A stretch of 64,000 nucleotides of DNA from an uncultured delta proteobacterium (GCA_963737265.1 CAVTRY010000022.1:128001-192000); one strand, 5' to 3'. Counted from the stretch's first letter, positions 19,880 through 29,156 are shown. Translations and numbers: made by a program. Notes: generated from the sequence alone by a model not told the origin.

Positions 19880-20661
19880 ATCGCATCGGCGCCATCGCCT
19901 GGAACACCTTTCGCGAAGCGGTTCGCAACAAGATCCTGTACAGCCTGCTGTTCTTCGCCGTCCTCCTCATCGTGTCGGCACTTGCGCTCGGCAACCTCAC
20001 CTTGCACGAGGAAGTCCGCACCATCCGCGACGTGGGCCTTTTCGGTATCGACATCTTCGGCGTCATTATCGCCATCTTCGTCGGCGTCAACCTGCTCTAC
20101 AAAGAGCTCGACCTCAAGACGGTTTATACGATCCTGCCCAAGCCGCTCTGGCGCTGGGAATTCGTGCTTGGCAAGTGGCTGGGCATGTTGCTGACCTTGT
20201 CGGTTCAGATGGCGGTGATGGGCCTAGTCCTCGGTCTCATCTTGGCGCTGGAAGGCGCCCGCTTCGATGTTCCCATGGTCAAGGCGGTGTGGCTGCTCTT
20301 CGTCAACGTCATGCTGGTCACTTCCATCGCCGTGCTTTTTTCAGCCTTTTCCAGCCCATTTCTCTCAGGGTTCTTCGCCTTGGGCTGCTTCGTGGTCGGC
20401 CGATCGGTGCCCGATATTCGCGCCCTCGGTGGCAAGATGAGCCCAGGCGGCAAGGCCGTGCTCGACTTCTTTTGCAGCTTGATACCCAACCTCCACCTAT
20501 TCTATCCCTCGGGTGCTATCGTGGGGGCGGAGGAGGTGTCGGTGCATCGTCAGTTCGTCGGCGCCGACTACATTCTCTCGGCTACGGCCTACGGCGTGAC
20601 CTACTCGCTGGTCGTTCTGATTTTGGCCATGCTGATCTTCCGCAAGAGGGACTTCGTCTGA
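19876..20661 (+). CDS. ABC-2 type permease
   Basis: IAWNTFREAVRNK, multiple TM helices, C-terminal FRKRDF; ATGA overlap with the ATPase. Confidence 0.9.
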   Translation: MNRIGAIAWNTFREAVRNKILYSLLFFAVLLIVSALALGNLTLHEEVRTIRDVGLFGIDIFGVIIAIFVGVNLLYKELDLKTVYTILPKPLWRWEFVLGKWLGMLLTLSVQMAVMGLVLGLILALEGARFDVPMVKAVWLLFVNVMLVTSIAVLFSAFSSPFLSGFFALGCFVVGRSVPDIRALGGKMSPGGKAVLDFFCSLIPNLHLFYPSGAIVGAEEVSVHRQFVGADYILSATAYGVTYSLVVLILAMLIFRKRDFV

Positions 20662-21299
20662 TGCGCGCGTGCCGACGTCAGGCCGTCATCGTGCTGGCCG
20701 GCGTTGCGGTCGCACTGCTGGTGGTCGTCGTTCGGCTGCTCGTCGATGCGCGAAGCGCCTACCAAAACGGCGCCGTCGCCGAGCAGCGTGGCGATACCTC
20801 GGAGGCGATTCGCTATTATCTCGAAGCCGGTCGTCTCTATGTGCCCGGCAGTCCATTCACTCGCAACGCCATCGACCGACTCGATGCGATTGCCGCCGCA
20901 TGTATTGCCAAGAGCGACTACACCACCGCGCGCTTGGCGCTCGAGGCCGAGCGCGCGGCGCTGCTCGGCACGCGTTCGTTTTACATACCGAATGCCGCAC
21001 GCCTGCCGGGCATCGAGCGCCGCCTTTCCAGACTGCTCGCGGCGATCGAAGCACAAGGCGCGCCGTTCGAGGAGCGTGCCAGGTGGCATGCGCAGCGTCT
21101 GGCGGAGCGGCCGTGGCCGAAAACATCTTTGGTTTTTCTCGCCCTGCTTGGCCTCGGGCTGTGGCTGGGATCCGCTATCGGCTTCTTTCGCAAGGGCGTG
21201 GATGAATCGCTTCGCTTGAGACGCTTGCCGGCGATTGTCGCGGGTGTTGGCTTTGTCGTCGGGCTTGGCCTTTTCCTGGTTTGCCTTCGCTTGGCCTAG
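20661..21299 (+). CDS. Hypothetical membrane protein
   Basis: TGATG coupling; N-terminal TM, helical middle region, two C-terminal TMs. Confidence 0.7.
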   Translation: MRACRRQAVIVLAGVAVALLVVVVRLLVDARSAYQNGAVAEQRGDTSEAIRYYLEAGRLYVPGSPFTRNAIDRLDAIAAACIAKSDYTTARLALEAERAALLGTRSFYIPNAARLPGIERRLSRLLAAIEAQGAPFEERARWHAQRLAERPWPKTSLVFLALLGLGLWLGSAIGFFRKGVDESLRLRRLPAIVAGVGFVVGLGLFLVCLRLA

Positions 21300-21329
21300 C
21301 AGGCCAGACTATAGTCCGAGCTCAATTCC

Positions 21330-22580
21330 ATGGATGTTCGCTGCGAGCGCTGCCAAACCGAATACGAAGTCGAGGACGCTAGGGTAAGCAACCTCGGCAC
21401 CGAGGTGCAGTGTAGCGAATGCGGCCACCGCTTCGTAGCCAGGCGACCCAGCGGCGGCGAAGCGAAGTCCAGAAGCCCGGACGAGTGGCTGCTCGAAACT
21501 GTCGCTGGCCAATCCCATCGGTTTCAGAGCTCCTTCGTCCTGCAAAAGTGGATCATCGAAGGCCGGGTGAAACGTGAAGACAGGGCTTCGCACAGGGGGC
21601 GACCTGGGCAACCGCTGGGTGAAATCGCCGAACTGGCTCCGTTTTTCACCATCGCGGACGACGCTGTCAGGGCAGACGCCTCGCCAGCCACGCCGGCCCC
21701 GGTGATTTCGCCATCCATACCTGCGAAAGCTCCCCCGAATCGGCCCGCGGTGGCGGGGCCGGCAGCTGCGCTGCCGGTCGCTGGCCGACCGGAAGGCGAA
21801 GCTCCGACGGAGCGTCCTGCCTCACCGTCCCCGCTTCCCTCGCCCGCCGATAGCCTGGGTGGGGTCCACCTGGGTGCATTTCCCCAGGCCTCTGATCCGG
21901 GCGAAACGGAGAGCATTCGCATCGGATCGCGGAAGTCTCGCGGCTTTCTCAAGCTGATGCTTACCACGCTCGTGGCGGCCGCGGTCGCGTACGCAGGCAT
22001 CGCATGGCAGCACCAACGCCTGCGCTCCGCGATGATTTCTTCGTCTGGCACGGCCGCAGGGGAATCGCTGCGAGATCACGCGCGTGCAAGCGAACCGACA
22101 CCGCGCGCGCCAGCGGACGACTCGGTGTCGGCACAGTCGCCCGACCGGGGCGACAGCGTGGCTCGAAGCGGACCGTTGGTGGAGCCCGAAGCCGAGAGCG
22201 GCCGGGCGAAAAGCGCTCTTCGAGGCGGGAAGAGGGCCATGGCGATGCGTAAGCCGAAGCCCGAGGCGGGCCACGCCACACGCCCGATTTCGCAGCCAAA
22301 CCGGGCGCAGCCGGAAGCGCCTGAAGAACTGGCAGCGCAGGGCTTTGCGGCCCTGACCCATCACCAGTACCCGCAAGCCATCGGGCTTTTCAAGCGCGCG
22401 CTCGTCGGTAGCCCGCCCAACGGCACCGCCCGCTTCGGTCTTGCGGAAGCCTATCGGGCAAGCGGCCAGAAGATGGCGGCGCTTCTCGCCTACCGGCGCT
22501 ACGTCGACGCCTTTCCCGCTGGACCCAACGCAATCGCCGCCCGAACCCAAATCCGACTCCTCGAAGGCAAGCAGCGCTAG
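21330..22580 (+). CDS. MJ0042-type zinc-ribbon / TM / TPR protein
   Basis: MDVRCERCQTEY...VQCSECGHRF, Pro-rich linker, TM, TPR-like C-terminus. Confidence 0.85.
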   Translation: MDVRCERCQTEYEVEDARVSNLGTEVQCSECGHRFVARRPSGGEAKSRSPDEWLLETVAGQSHRFQSSFVLQKWIIEGRVKREDRASHRGRPGQPLGEIAELAPFFTIADDAVRADASPATPAPVISPSIPAKAPPNRPAVAGPAAALPVAGRPEGEAPTERPASPSPLPSPADSLGGVHLGAFPQASDPGETESIRIGSRKSRGFLKLMLTTLVAAAVAYAGIAWQHQRLRSAMISSSGTAAGESLRDHARASEPTPRAPADDSVSAQSPDRGDSVARSGPLVEPEAESGRAKSALRGGKRAMAMRKPKPEAGHATRPISQPNRAQPEAPEELAAQGFAALTHHQYPQAIGLFKRALVGSPPNGTARFGLAEAYRASGQKMAALLAYRRYVDAFPAGPNAIAARTQIRLLEGKQR

Positions 22581-22660
22581 CTAGCAGACAAGGACGACCG
22601 ACGTTTCTTGTCCGAAGGATTCTCTCCCAATGACCTTCCAGGCCAACGGCGAGATTCTCT

Positions 22661-24433
22661 TCATTCGGAATGCTCGCGGCGCAAAATCAGGTATCCATCG
22701 GTCTCGAAATCGACTGCGAACGTCGGTTGCAGAAAGCGCACGGGATCGCCTCGCGTCGAGTAGCGATCGAGCACCACGTGGGTCACCTCCGGGGCAAGAA
22801 TCTCGAGCGGCAAGGGCGGAGCGTTCAGTCGCGCCACGACCGCGTTGTCGATCCAGCGCCCATCGGGCAACGGCTCGCCCAGGCGCAGCGCATACCCGAT
22901 GTCCTTGCGACAAACGGGCACGTCACCGGGGCGAAGTGTGTTGCGTAGTCGCGCCACAACCGGCGCGAAACTCGGCTCCGCGTAGTTCGGCCAATTGGGT
23001 GCCGTGGTGTACGTCGCCTGTTGCTTCCAGGCCAGCCCCAACTGCGCCCCCAAGGTTCCGATGATGAGAGCGGCGGTGAGAATCGGTTCGGGCGCACGCC
23101 AACGACGGCGGTTGAGCACGAACAAGATCCCGACGAGGGCCGCACCCAGCACCAAGTAGAAGAGCATGAGAACGCTCGCGGTGGCGTGCTGGGAGACCAC
23201 CAGGTCGTATACGGTCGACACGGGATCGCCTAGCGCGACCACTTGCACCCAGGCGACCGCAATCATCAGGATGCCGGAGACCGCCAGCCTTCGCCAGGGA
23301 GGACACGACAACCGCGGCGCCAGCCACAGCGCAATCAGCAGCGTCAACGGCGCGTACGCCGGATACTCGTACTTGAGAAACCACCCACTCGGCCGAACAA
23401 TCTTCGCGAGAATCAAGAGAAACAGCACGAAGATCGTCAAGAGGTCGACCGGCTCGGGCGCTCGGCGTCGCCATACTTGGCGCACGCGCGATGCCAGGGC
23501 GACAAGGCCGAGCGACGCCCAGAAGGGCGAAACCCACGTCGCGCTGTGAACCAAGGTCTTTCCAATAGTGACGAAGGTGCCGGTGAACCCGCGGCGGGCC
23601 ACGACCTGCGTGAGTACGCCGTCCGCCTTGGCCAGACGGCGCTCGATCGAGAAGGCGATGAAGTAGTCGGCCGGCACGTGCAGCGCCCGGCACAATGCCA
23701 TCCACAATGCCGCAAACAGCGCCACGCCGAAAAGCGCCGCGATCAACAAGGCGGCGACCCGGCGCCAGCGACGGGCCAGGATTTCGTATCCGGCAACGGT
23801 GACGAGGATGTAGGGAGCGGCAAGCTCCTTGGCCCAGGAAACGAGGCTGAGCAGGAGAGCGAGACGCAGGACCCGCCCGAGCCACGAAAGCCCTGGACGT
23901 TCCATGCGTAGGTACTCGTGCAGGAAAAACAACAGCGCCGTCGTCATGACGGTGTTGTCGATATCGAGCATCAGCCCCTCCTGCAGAAGGAAGGGATTGG
24001 CGAGAAACAGAATCGCCATCAGGCTGGCCGTCCACGCGTACCTTTCCGCCTGAACAATCCGGCGCAGGATGCGCAACAAGAGCCACAGGTCGAGAGCCAA
24101 GCACGCGGCGCCGGTCAGCCGGGCTGCCCAGTTTTCCGGCCCGAACAATCGATAGCACAGCCCAATGAGAAAGACATAGATCGAGGCGTGCCAAAGTCCC
24201 AGCTGAACGTGCGGTTGGCCGCCCGAGTTGTATAGCCAGCGATCGGATTCCGGGATGAGGCGCTCGGGCACGTCGCCCATGTAGTAAATCGGCCGCCCAG
24301 TCCGCGCAACCCCCAAACCCGCGGCCGCGCACTCAGCCTCGTCGGTCGACGGCGGCTTGTCCATCGCCGCCGCGCCAGCGACCAGGAACACCACGACGGC
24401 CAACCCGACCAGCAAGAGCGTGCTCCGGTTCAT
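22661..24433 (-). CDS. GT-C fold (ArnT/PMT, family 39-like) membrane glycosyltransferase
   Basis: Early DE motif, HASIY..., WAARL, many TM helices. Confidence 0.7.
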   Translation of the reverse strand: MNRSTLLLVGLAVVVFLVAGAAAMDKPPSTDEAECAAAGLGVARTGRPIYYMGDVPERLIPESDRWLYNSGGQPHVQLGLWHASIYVFLIGLCYRLFGPENWAARLTGAACLALDLWLLLRILRRIVQAERYAWTASLMAILFLANPFLLQEGLMLDIDNTVMTTALLFFLHEYLRMERPGLSWLGRVLRLALLLSLVSWAKELAAPYILVTVAGYEILARRWRRVAALLIAALFGVALFAALWMALCRALHVPADYFIAFSIERRLAKADGVLTQVVARRGFTGTFVTIGKTLVHSATWVSPFWASLGLVALASRVRQVWRRRAPEPVDLLTIFVLFLLILAKIVRPSGWFLKYEYPAYAPLTLLIALWLAPRLSCPPWRRLAVSGILMIAVAWVQVVALGDPVSTVYDLVVSQHATASVLMLFYLVLGAALVGILFVLNRRRWRAPEPILTAALIIGTLGAQLGLAWKQQATYTTAPNWPNYAEPSFAPVVARLRNTLRPGDVPVCRKDIGYALRLGEPLPDGRWIDNAVVARLNAPPLPLEILAPEVTHVVLDRYSTRGDPVRFLQPTFAVDFETDGYLILRREHSE

Positions 24434-24513
24434 CGGATTCGAGTATCACACAACTCTTCAATCGAGCGTTGAGGCGGACCGTGGTCGGCGCTTGTGCAGG
24501 GTCAGGCAACAAG

Positions 24514-26163
24514 TTAAGGTCCTGCAATTCGGAGTTGGGGGCCATGAATCGCTGCCTCGACGGCGGCAAAGTCGGCGGTCGCCTCGGGCACGGCGGCGCG
24601 GCCGCGCTCGAGCAGGGCGCAGGCGGCGTCGCGGCGGCCAGCCTCGGCCAGGACCACGGCCAAGTCGTGATAGGGCTCGTGCCACTTAGGCAGAAGGGCA
24701 ATGGCGCGCTCGATCGCCTCGATGCCCTCGTCGAGCTTTCCCTGGCGCGCGAGGGATAAGCCAAGGCCATTGTGGGCGAAGGCGTGATTTGGATTCTGTG
24801 CCAGCGCGCGCCGGTTGTAGTCTTCGGCGCCTGGGTAATCACACAGCATGAAGCAAACGAAGCCAAGCAGATCGAGAACGGTGAGAGCGCTCGGCGCTTT
24901 TTCGAGAGCAGACAAGAGAAGTCGGTGCGCCTCCTCGAAGCGGCGAGCATCCGCGGCTTCGCGCGCCTTCTGCACCAGCGTCGGCACATCGGCGGATCCT
25001 TCTGTGATCGCCGAGCAGGGCACGATCTTGCCGCCCAAGAACGCCGTCTCGGCTTCGGTCGGATTCTCGGTTAGCAAATCGAGGCGTCCGTGCTTTTGTG
25101 CCTGGTAGTAGAAGCAGAAGGGATTGCCCTCGCCGCCTAGGGCGGCGTGACAGTGGACGGTCCACGTGCAGCCGCCGCGGCAGAAGTCGCGGTAGCGGCA
25201 AACTCGGCAAAATCCCGTGAGCTTGCCTTCGCCGGCCGTCCGGTTGTAGGCGAAGGCGCCCGCCGCGTTCCAGATCTCGGCCAGCGGTTTGTCACGAACG
25301 TTGCCTTCGACGAAGCGAGACTCGCCGTGCATGGACGACGGCAGGGACAGGCAGCCCTTCACGTTGCCGTTGCTCTCGATGCCCACCACCTGGCAACCCG
25401 CGCGGCATCCGATCCAAAACGGTATCTCGCCGCCGTCGTCGCGCAGGCCTTGCTCGGGCTTGCCGTAATAGCCGATGTCGTCGGCGGCGACGGTAAAGAA
25501 TTGGCGCGTGTTGGAGCGACACAAGGCTGCCAGCTCGGGCACCAGCCACAGCAGATCCGCCGGATCCACCACCAGGTCGCGATGCAGTCCCATGGTTCCC
25601 GACGGCGTCGCCAGCTGCACCTGCATGGAGAACACGCCGCGAGCCGCGATGAAATCCCGCAGCTCGCGCAAGATGCGCTGGTTGAGCTTGTTCACGGTGG
25701 TATTGACCGCAACTGGCAGTCCGCCGGCCACGCAGGCATCGATGGCCGCGACGACGCGATCGAACGAGCCCGGCTGGCGAAATTCGTCGTGCTCGCTCTC
25801 AAAGCCGTCAAGGCTGAAGGCCGCGCCACACAGACCGGCCGCCTTCGCGCGCTCGACGTACGCTACGTTCCAGTGCCAGCCGTTCGAGATCAGATTGACC
25901 TTGATACAATGATCGACGAGGCGTTTGCCGATGCGATCCCAATCCGGGTTGAGCGTGGGCTCGCCACCGCTCAGGGTTACCCGCCGACAGCCGAGCGCCG
26001 CGAGTTGGTCGGCGACGCGCAGGTTTTCCTCCAGGCTCATCTCGTCGTCGCGCCGGCTGCCCGCGAAGGAGCCGCAGTGCTTGCAGCGCAGGTTGCAGGC
26101 CAGCGTCAGCTCCCAGACACAGGCCCGAGGCGCGAAACCGACTTGTTTCAGAATCTCGAGCAT
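24514..26163 (-). CDS. Radical SAM/SPASM peptide maturase, splicease (PlpX)-like, with C-terminal TPRs
   Basis: VWELTLACNLRCKHCGS (CxxxCxxC), GGEP, DIGYYG, WIGCRAG..GIESNGNVKGCLSLP, FCRVC..FCRGGCTW..GNPFC; about 4 TPR-like repeats. Confidence 0.9.
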   Translation of the reverse strand: MLEILKQVGFAPRACVWELTLACNLRCKHCGSFAGSRRDDEMSLEENLRVADQLAALGCRRVTLSGGEPTLNPDWDRIGKRLVDHCIKVNLISNGWHWNVAYVERAKAAGLCGAAFSLDGFESEHDEFRQPGSFDRVVAAIDACVAGGLPVAVNTTVNKLNQRILRELRDFIAARGVFSMQVQLATPSGTMGLHRDLVVDPADLLWLVPELAALCRSNTRQFFTVAADDIGYYGKPEQGLRDDGGEIPFWIGCRAGCQVVGIESNGNVKGCLSLPSSMHGESRFVEGNVRDKPLAEIWNAAGAFAYNRTAGEGKLTGFCRVCRYRDFCRGGCTWTVHCHAALGGEGNPFCFYYQAQKHGRLDLLTENPTEAETAFLGGKIVPCSAITEGSADVPTLVQKAREAADARRFEEAHRLLLSALEKAPSALTVLDLLGFVCFMLCDYPGAEDYNRRALAQNPNHAFAHNGLGLSLARQGKLDEGIEAIERAIALLPKWHEPYHDLAVVLAEAGRRDAACALLERGRAAVPEATADFAAVEAAIHGPQLRIAGP

Positions 26164-26177
26164 CGGGCAAACAACGT

Positions 26178-26633
26178 CTAGGACTTCGCTTCCGGAAAGA
26201 TCGCCATGTAGATCACGACACCGTGTCCGATGTCCGCATCCGCGGCGGCATCGGGTGGCTGCTGGGCCATGTAGCGCACCGCCGGCCCGCTGTCCGGCAA
26301 TTGCTGCGCCATGTACATCGGCGCCATGTAAAGCGCGGCTGCGCCTTGCGCATCCGCGCCAGCGTCGGGCAGCGGTGCCATGTACTTCGCGATCATGCCG
26401 GTGTCTCGGGCGCTGCCGCCGGCCTCGCTGAGATCTGCGTCCGGTGCAAGCTGCTGGTCCGCGGTCGCGACGTCTTTCGCGGTCGCGTGGCCGCCATCGT
26501 CACCCGAGTCCATGGTGGTGCTTCCGCAGCCACCCAAGGCGAGCCCCAAGCCCAATGTCGCTGGCATCAGCATATTGCGCAGTCGGATCTGGAGGAAACG
26601 CTCCACCCGCTGTCGCATTTCTCGCTCTCGCAT
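26178..26633 (-). CDS. Putative multi-core precursor lipoprotein with five YMA motifs
   Basis: ATG 26633 after GAAGGAG; lipobox LGGC; AKYMAP, ALYMAP, PMYMAQ, VRYMAQ, VIYMAI; ends 14 bp before the rSAM gene. Confidence 0.8.
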   Translation of the reverse strand: MREREMRQRVERFLQIRLRNMLMPATLGLGLALGGCGSTTMDSGDDGGHATAKDVATADQQLAPDADLSEAGGSARDTGMIAKYMAPLPDAGADAQGAAALYMAPMYMAQQLPDSGPAVRYMAQQPPDAAADADIGHGVVIYMAIFPEAKS

Positions 26634-26703
26634 GCTCGCTCCTTCACGTAGGTGAATAACGCCGCGGCCAGAGATTGCGGGCCGCCAACCGTCAGCATAG
26701 ATC

Positions 26704-26719
26704 AGCAAAACAGGTGCCG
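26704..26719 (-). promoter_or_regulatory. Putative sigma54 -24/-12 promoter
   Basis: Minus strand reads cGGCACctgttTTGCT, matching GGCAC-N5-TTGCW, about 70 bp upstream of the precursor ATG. Confidence 0.6.
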
Positions 26720-26726
26720 CCCGAAA

Positions 26727-26740
26727 TCGGCACGTGCCGA
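26727..26740. promoter_or_regulatory. Perfect 14-bp palindrome, possible operator
   Basis: TCGGCACGTGCCGA immediately upstream of the -24 box. Confidence 0.35.
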
Positions 26741-26819
26741 GTCCAGCGCGCTAATAGTTTCAACCAGTTGACCCCGAAAGGCCGACCACGAGTCTCAGAT
26801 TTCCGAGGATAGTCAGCAT

Positions 26820-27776
26820 TCACGACCATGAATTGGAGTTATCAACCGCCTCGACGAGAAACTTCACCTCGGGTTGGGGTGGTTCGTGGTTGGCCCGATG
26901 GGGGCGAAGCAAGATCGGCAGGGCGCGGATGAGTAGAAACAATTTGCGTGCCTTGCTGGTGTAGGCGCGCGTGGTGACCGAATCGTAGCCATTCTTCGCG
27001 ACGACGCGGCCAATTTCGGCGTAAATCAGACGGGCGGCGCGGACGCCGAGTCGACAGTCGGACGGATACATCGTTATGCCGCGATCGGCCCGGCGGTAGC
27101 AGGCGTCGGCCAGCGCCAGCACACGCTTGACCACACTGGCAAGGGCGGGACTAGGCGCGGGACGCGCGAGCAGCTCGTCCACGTCGACCCCAGCCTCCGC
27201 TAGCCAATCCTGGGGCAAATAGACGCGACCCGCGCGGGCGTCTTCGCCGACGTCGCGGCAGATGTTGGTAAGCTGCATGGCCAAGCCCAGATCGCAGGCG
27301 CGCGCCAGCAGGCCGGGCGACCGCTCGCCGAACAGCAAGGTCATCATCACGCCCACGGTGGACGCCACCCGCGCGCAATACGCTTCCAGATCTTGCTGGG
27401 TGGAATAGCGCCGCCGCTCGGCGTCCCACTCGAAGCCCTCGATCAGGGCGCGCGGGATCGCCTGCGGAATTCCGTGAGCCTCCACGACGCTGCAGAACGA
27501 ACGGTCGACAGCGTTTTCCTCGGGCTGGCCGGCGTAGATGCGATCCAGTCGCTCGTGCAAACGGACGATGGCGGCTCTGACGTCGGTTCCCAAATCCACG
27601 GCGTCGTCGGCGACGCGGCAGAAGGCGTACAGCGCCGCGGTACCGTCGTGCAGCCGCTTCGGCAGCAAGCGGGAGGCGGCGACGAAGCTCTTGGATCCAT
27701 TGCGCAGGATCTCGTGGCAGACGCGGAGATCTGCTCGCCGCTGTTCCTCGCTGCTGGCTGGGGCGTTTACGCGCAT
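26820..27776 (-). CDS. crtB: Phytoene synthase
   Basis: GSKSF..AS, YAFCRVADDAVD, YCARVA, LGLAMQLTNICRDVGEDA..GRVYLP. Confidence 0.92.
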   Translation of the reverse strand: MRVNAPASSEEQRRADLRVCHEILRNGSKSFVAASRLLPKRLHDGTAALYAFCRVADDAVDLGTDVRAAIVRLHERLDRIYAGQPEENAVDRSFCSVVEAHGIPQAIPRALIEGFEWDAERRRYSTQQDLEAYCARVASTVGVMMTLLFGERSPGLLARACDLGLAMQLTNICRDVGEDARAGRVYLPQDWLAEAGVDVDELLARPAPSPALASVVKRVLALADACYRRADRGITMYPSDCRLGVRAARLIYAEIGRVVAKNGYDSVTTRAYTSKARKLFLLIRALPILLRPHRANHEPPQPEVKFLVEAVDNSNSWS

Positions 27777-27780
27777 CGCG

Positions 27781-28683
27781 CTAGCCGCAGTCGAGAGCGG
27801 AGCCCGACCGACCGGCAGCAGTTCGCTGGCGGATCTCTGGTGGGCATAGACGCGCCGCCGCGAGCGACAGAAAATCCTGAACGTCCCTGCGACCGCGGCA
27901 TTCCGGAATGGATTGCATGGCTTGACCAATGAGTCGGTCGAGTTGGGCGAGGGCTCCCGCAACGCCAAGATCCGCGACGGCGCTTGGCCGCGACTTATGG
28001 CCATCTTGATGGATGGGTTTGCCGAGGCGCCCCGATTCGCCGAGCGCGTCCGCGAGATCGTCCGCTACTTGGTAAGCCTCGCCGAGCTGTCCTCCGGTCG
28101 CGCGCCAGGCCTCGGGATCGGCGTCGCCGACAATGGCGCCGGCCACGGCAGCGGCTTCGAACAGCGCCGCGGTTTTCGCGTGATGGTAGGCCCGCACATC
28201 GACGCTGGGCTCGCTCTCCCATGCCTGGCCCGCGGCGATTCCAGCCGGCGCCCCTGCCGCACGCGCCAGCGCGCCCAAAATGGCCGCGGACTTGGCGGGC
28301 TGTGCGGCCACGTGGGATGAAACCGCATCGAACGCCATCACGATCAACGCGTCGCCGACCAGAATTGCTACCTCCTCGCCGAAGCGTTTGTGGAGCGATG
28401 GCTGTCCCCGCCGCAGCGACGCGTCGTCGAAACACGGCAGATCGTCCTGCACCAGGGATGCGCAATGAAACAGCTCAACGGCCGCTGCCGAGGCGTCGGC
28501 CAGGCCGGGATCCGGATCGTCATGCGCCCTGGCCACCGCGAGGCAAAGCCCGGGTCGCACCCGGCCGCCACCAGGAAACACGGCATAGCGGACCGCCGCC
28601 GCCAAGCGCTGGGGACACGGCGGCGCAGTGGCTGCCCGCACAGCCTGCTCCAGCGCTGCCTCGATCCTTGATTCGGGTTCCAT
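27781..28683 (-). CDS. crtE: Geranylgeranyl diphosphate synthase
   Basis: GGGRVRP, SLVQDDLPCFD..LRRG, KTAALF, YQVADD; adjacent to crtB. Confidence 0.88.
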   Translation of the reverse strand: MEPESRIEAALEQAVRAATAPPCPQRLAAAVRYAVFPGGGRVRPGLCLAVARAHDDPDPGLADASAAAVELFHCASLVQDDLPCFDDASLRRGQPSLHKRFGEEVAILVGDALIVMAFDAVSSHVAAQPAKSAAILGALARAAGAPAGIAAGQAWESEPSVDVRAYHHAKTAALFEAAAVAGAIVGDADPEAWRATGGQLGEAYQVADDLADALGESGRLGKPIHQDGHKSRPSAVADLGVAGALAQLDRLIGQAMQSIPECRGRRDVQDFLSLAAARLCPPEIRQRTAAGRSGSALDCG

Positions 28684-28847
28684 GGAATTTAGAAGTGACC
28701 GGCGTGGGCCTAACTATGCCCGATTTCGCCTGGGCACCGACAATAACCTAACGGGCTGAGCGCCTCGCGCGGCGCATCCCCAGCCGCGGCCAGTCGACCC
28801 CTTTTTCTTGACAGTTTCCCCATCCGGACCAACCTAGTCACATTCCC

Positions 28848-29156
28848 ATGGCTATCCAGTCCAATTCGAAATCAAACAAGGCAAAAAACGAAAAGCCCGC
28901 GCCTGCCGCCAAGGCACCCGCGCCTGCCGCCAAGGCGGCACCCGCGCCTGTCGCCAAGGCACCCGCGCCTGTCGTCAAAGCGCCCGCGCCCGCGCCCAAG
29001 GCGACGGCCAAGCCGCGTGCTCCCTACGAGCCAACCCAGGAGGAGATCCAGACCCGCGCTTTCGAGATTTATGTCAGCGAGGGATGCAAGGAAAACAACG
29101 ATCTCGAGTACTGGCTGCGCGCGGAACAAGAACTGCGCGCGCAAGCCAGCCGCTAG
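28848..29156 (+). CDS. DUF2934 protein with Pro/Ala/Lys-rich N-terminus
   Basis: EEIQTRAFEIY..EG....DLEYWLRAEQEL. Confidence 0.85.
   Translation: MAIQSNSKSNKAKNEKPAPAAKAPAPAAKAAPAPVAKAPAPVVKAPAPAPKATAKPRAPYEPTQEEIQTRAFEIYVSEGCKENNDLEYWLRAEQELRAQASR
28896..29002 (+). repeat. Imperfect ~21-bp coding tandem repeat (PAPAAKA)
   Basis: cccgcgcctgccgccaaggca units repeated about 4-5 times. Confidence 0.8.

Noticed and set aside
28896-29002. Repeats as a CRISPR array
   Set aside because: In-frame coding PAPAAKA repeats with no spacers and no cas genes.
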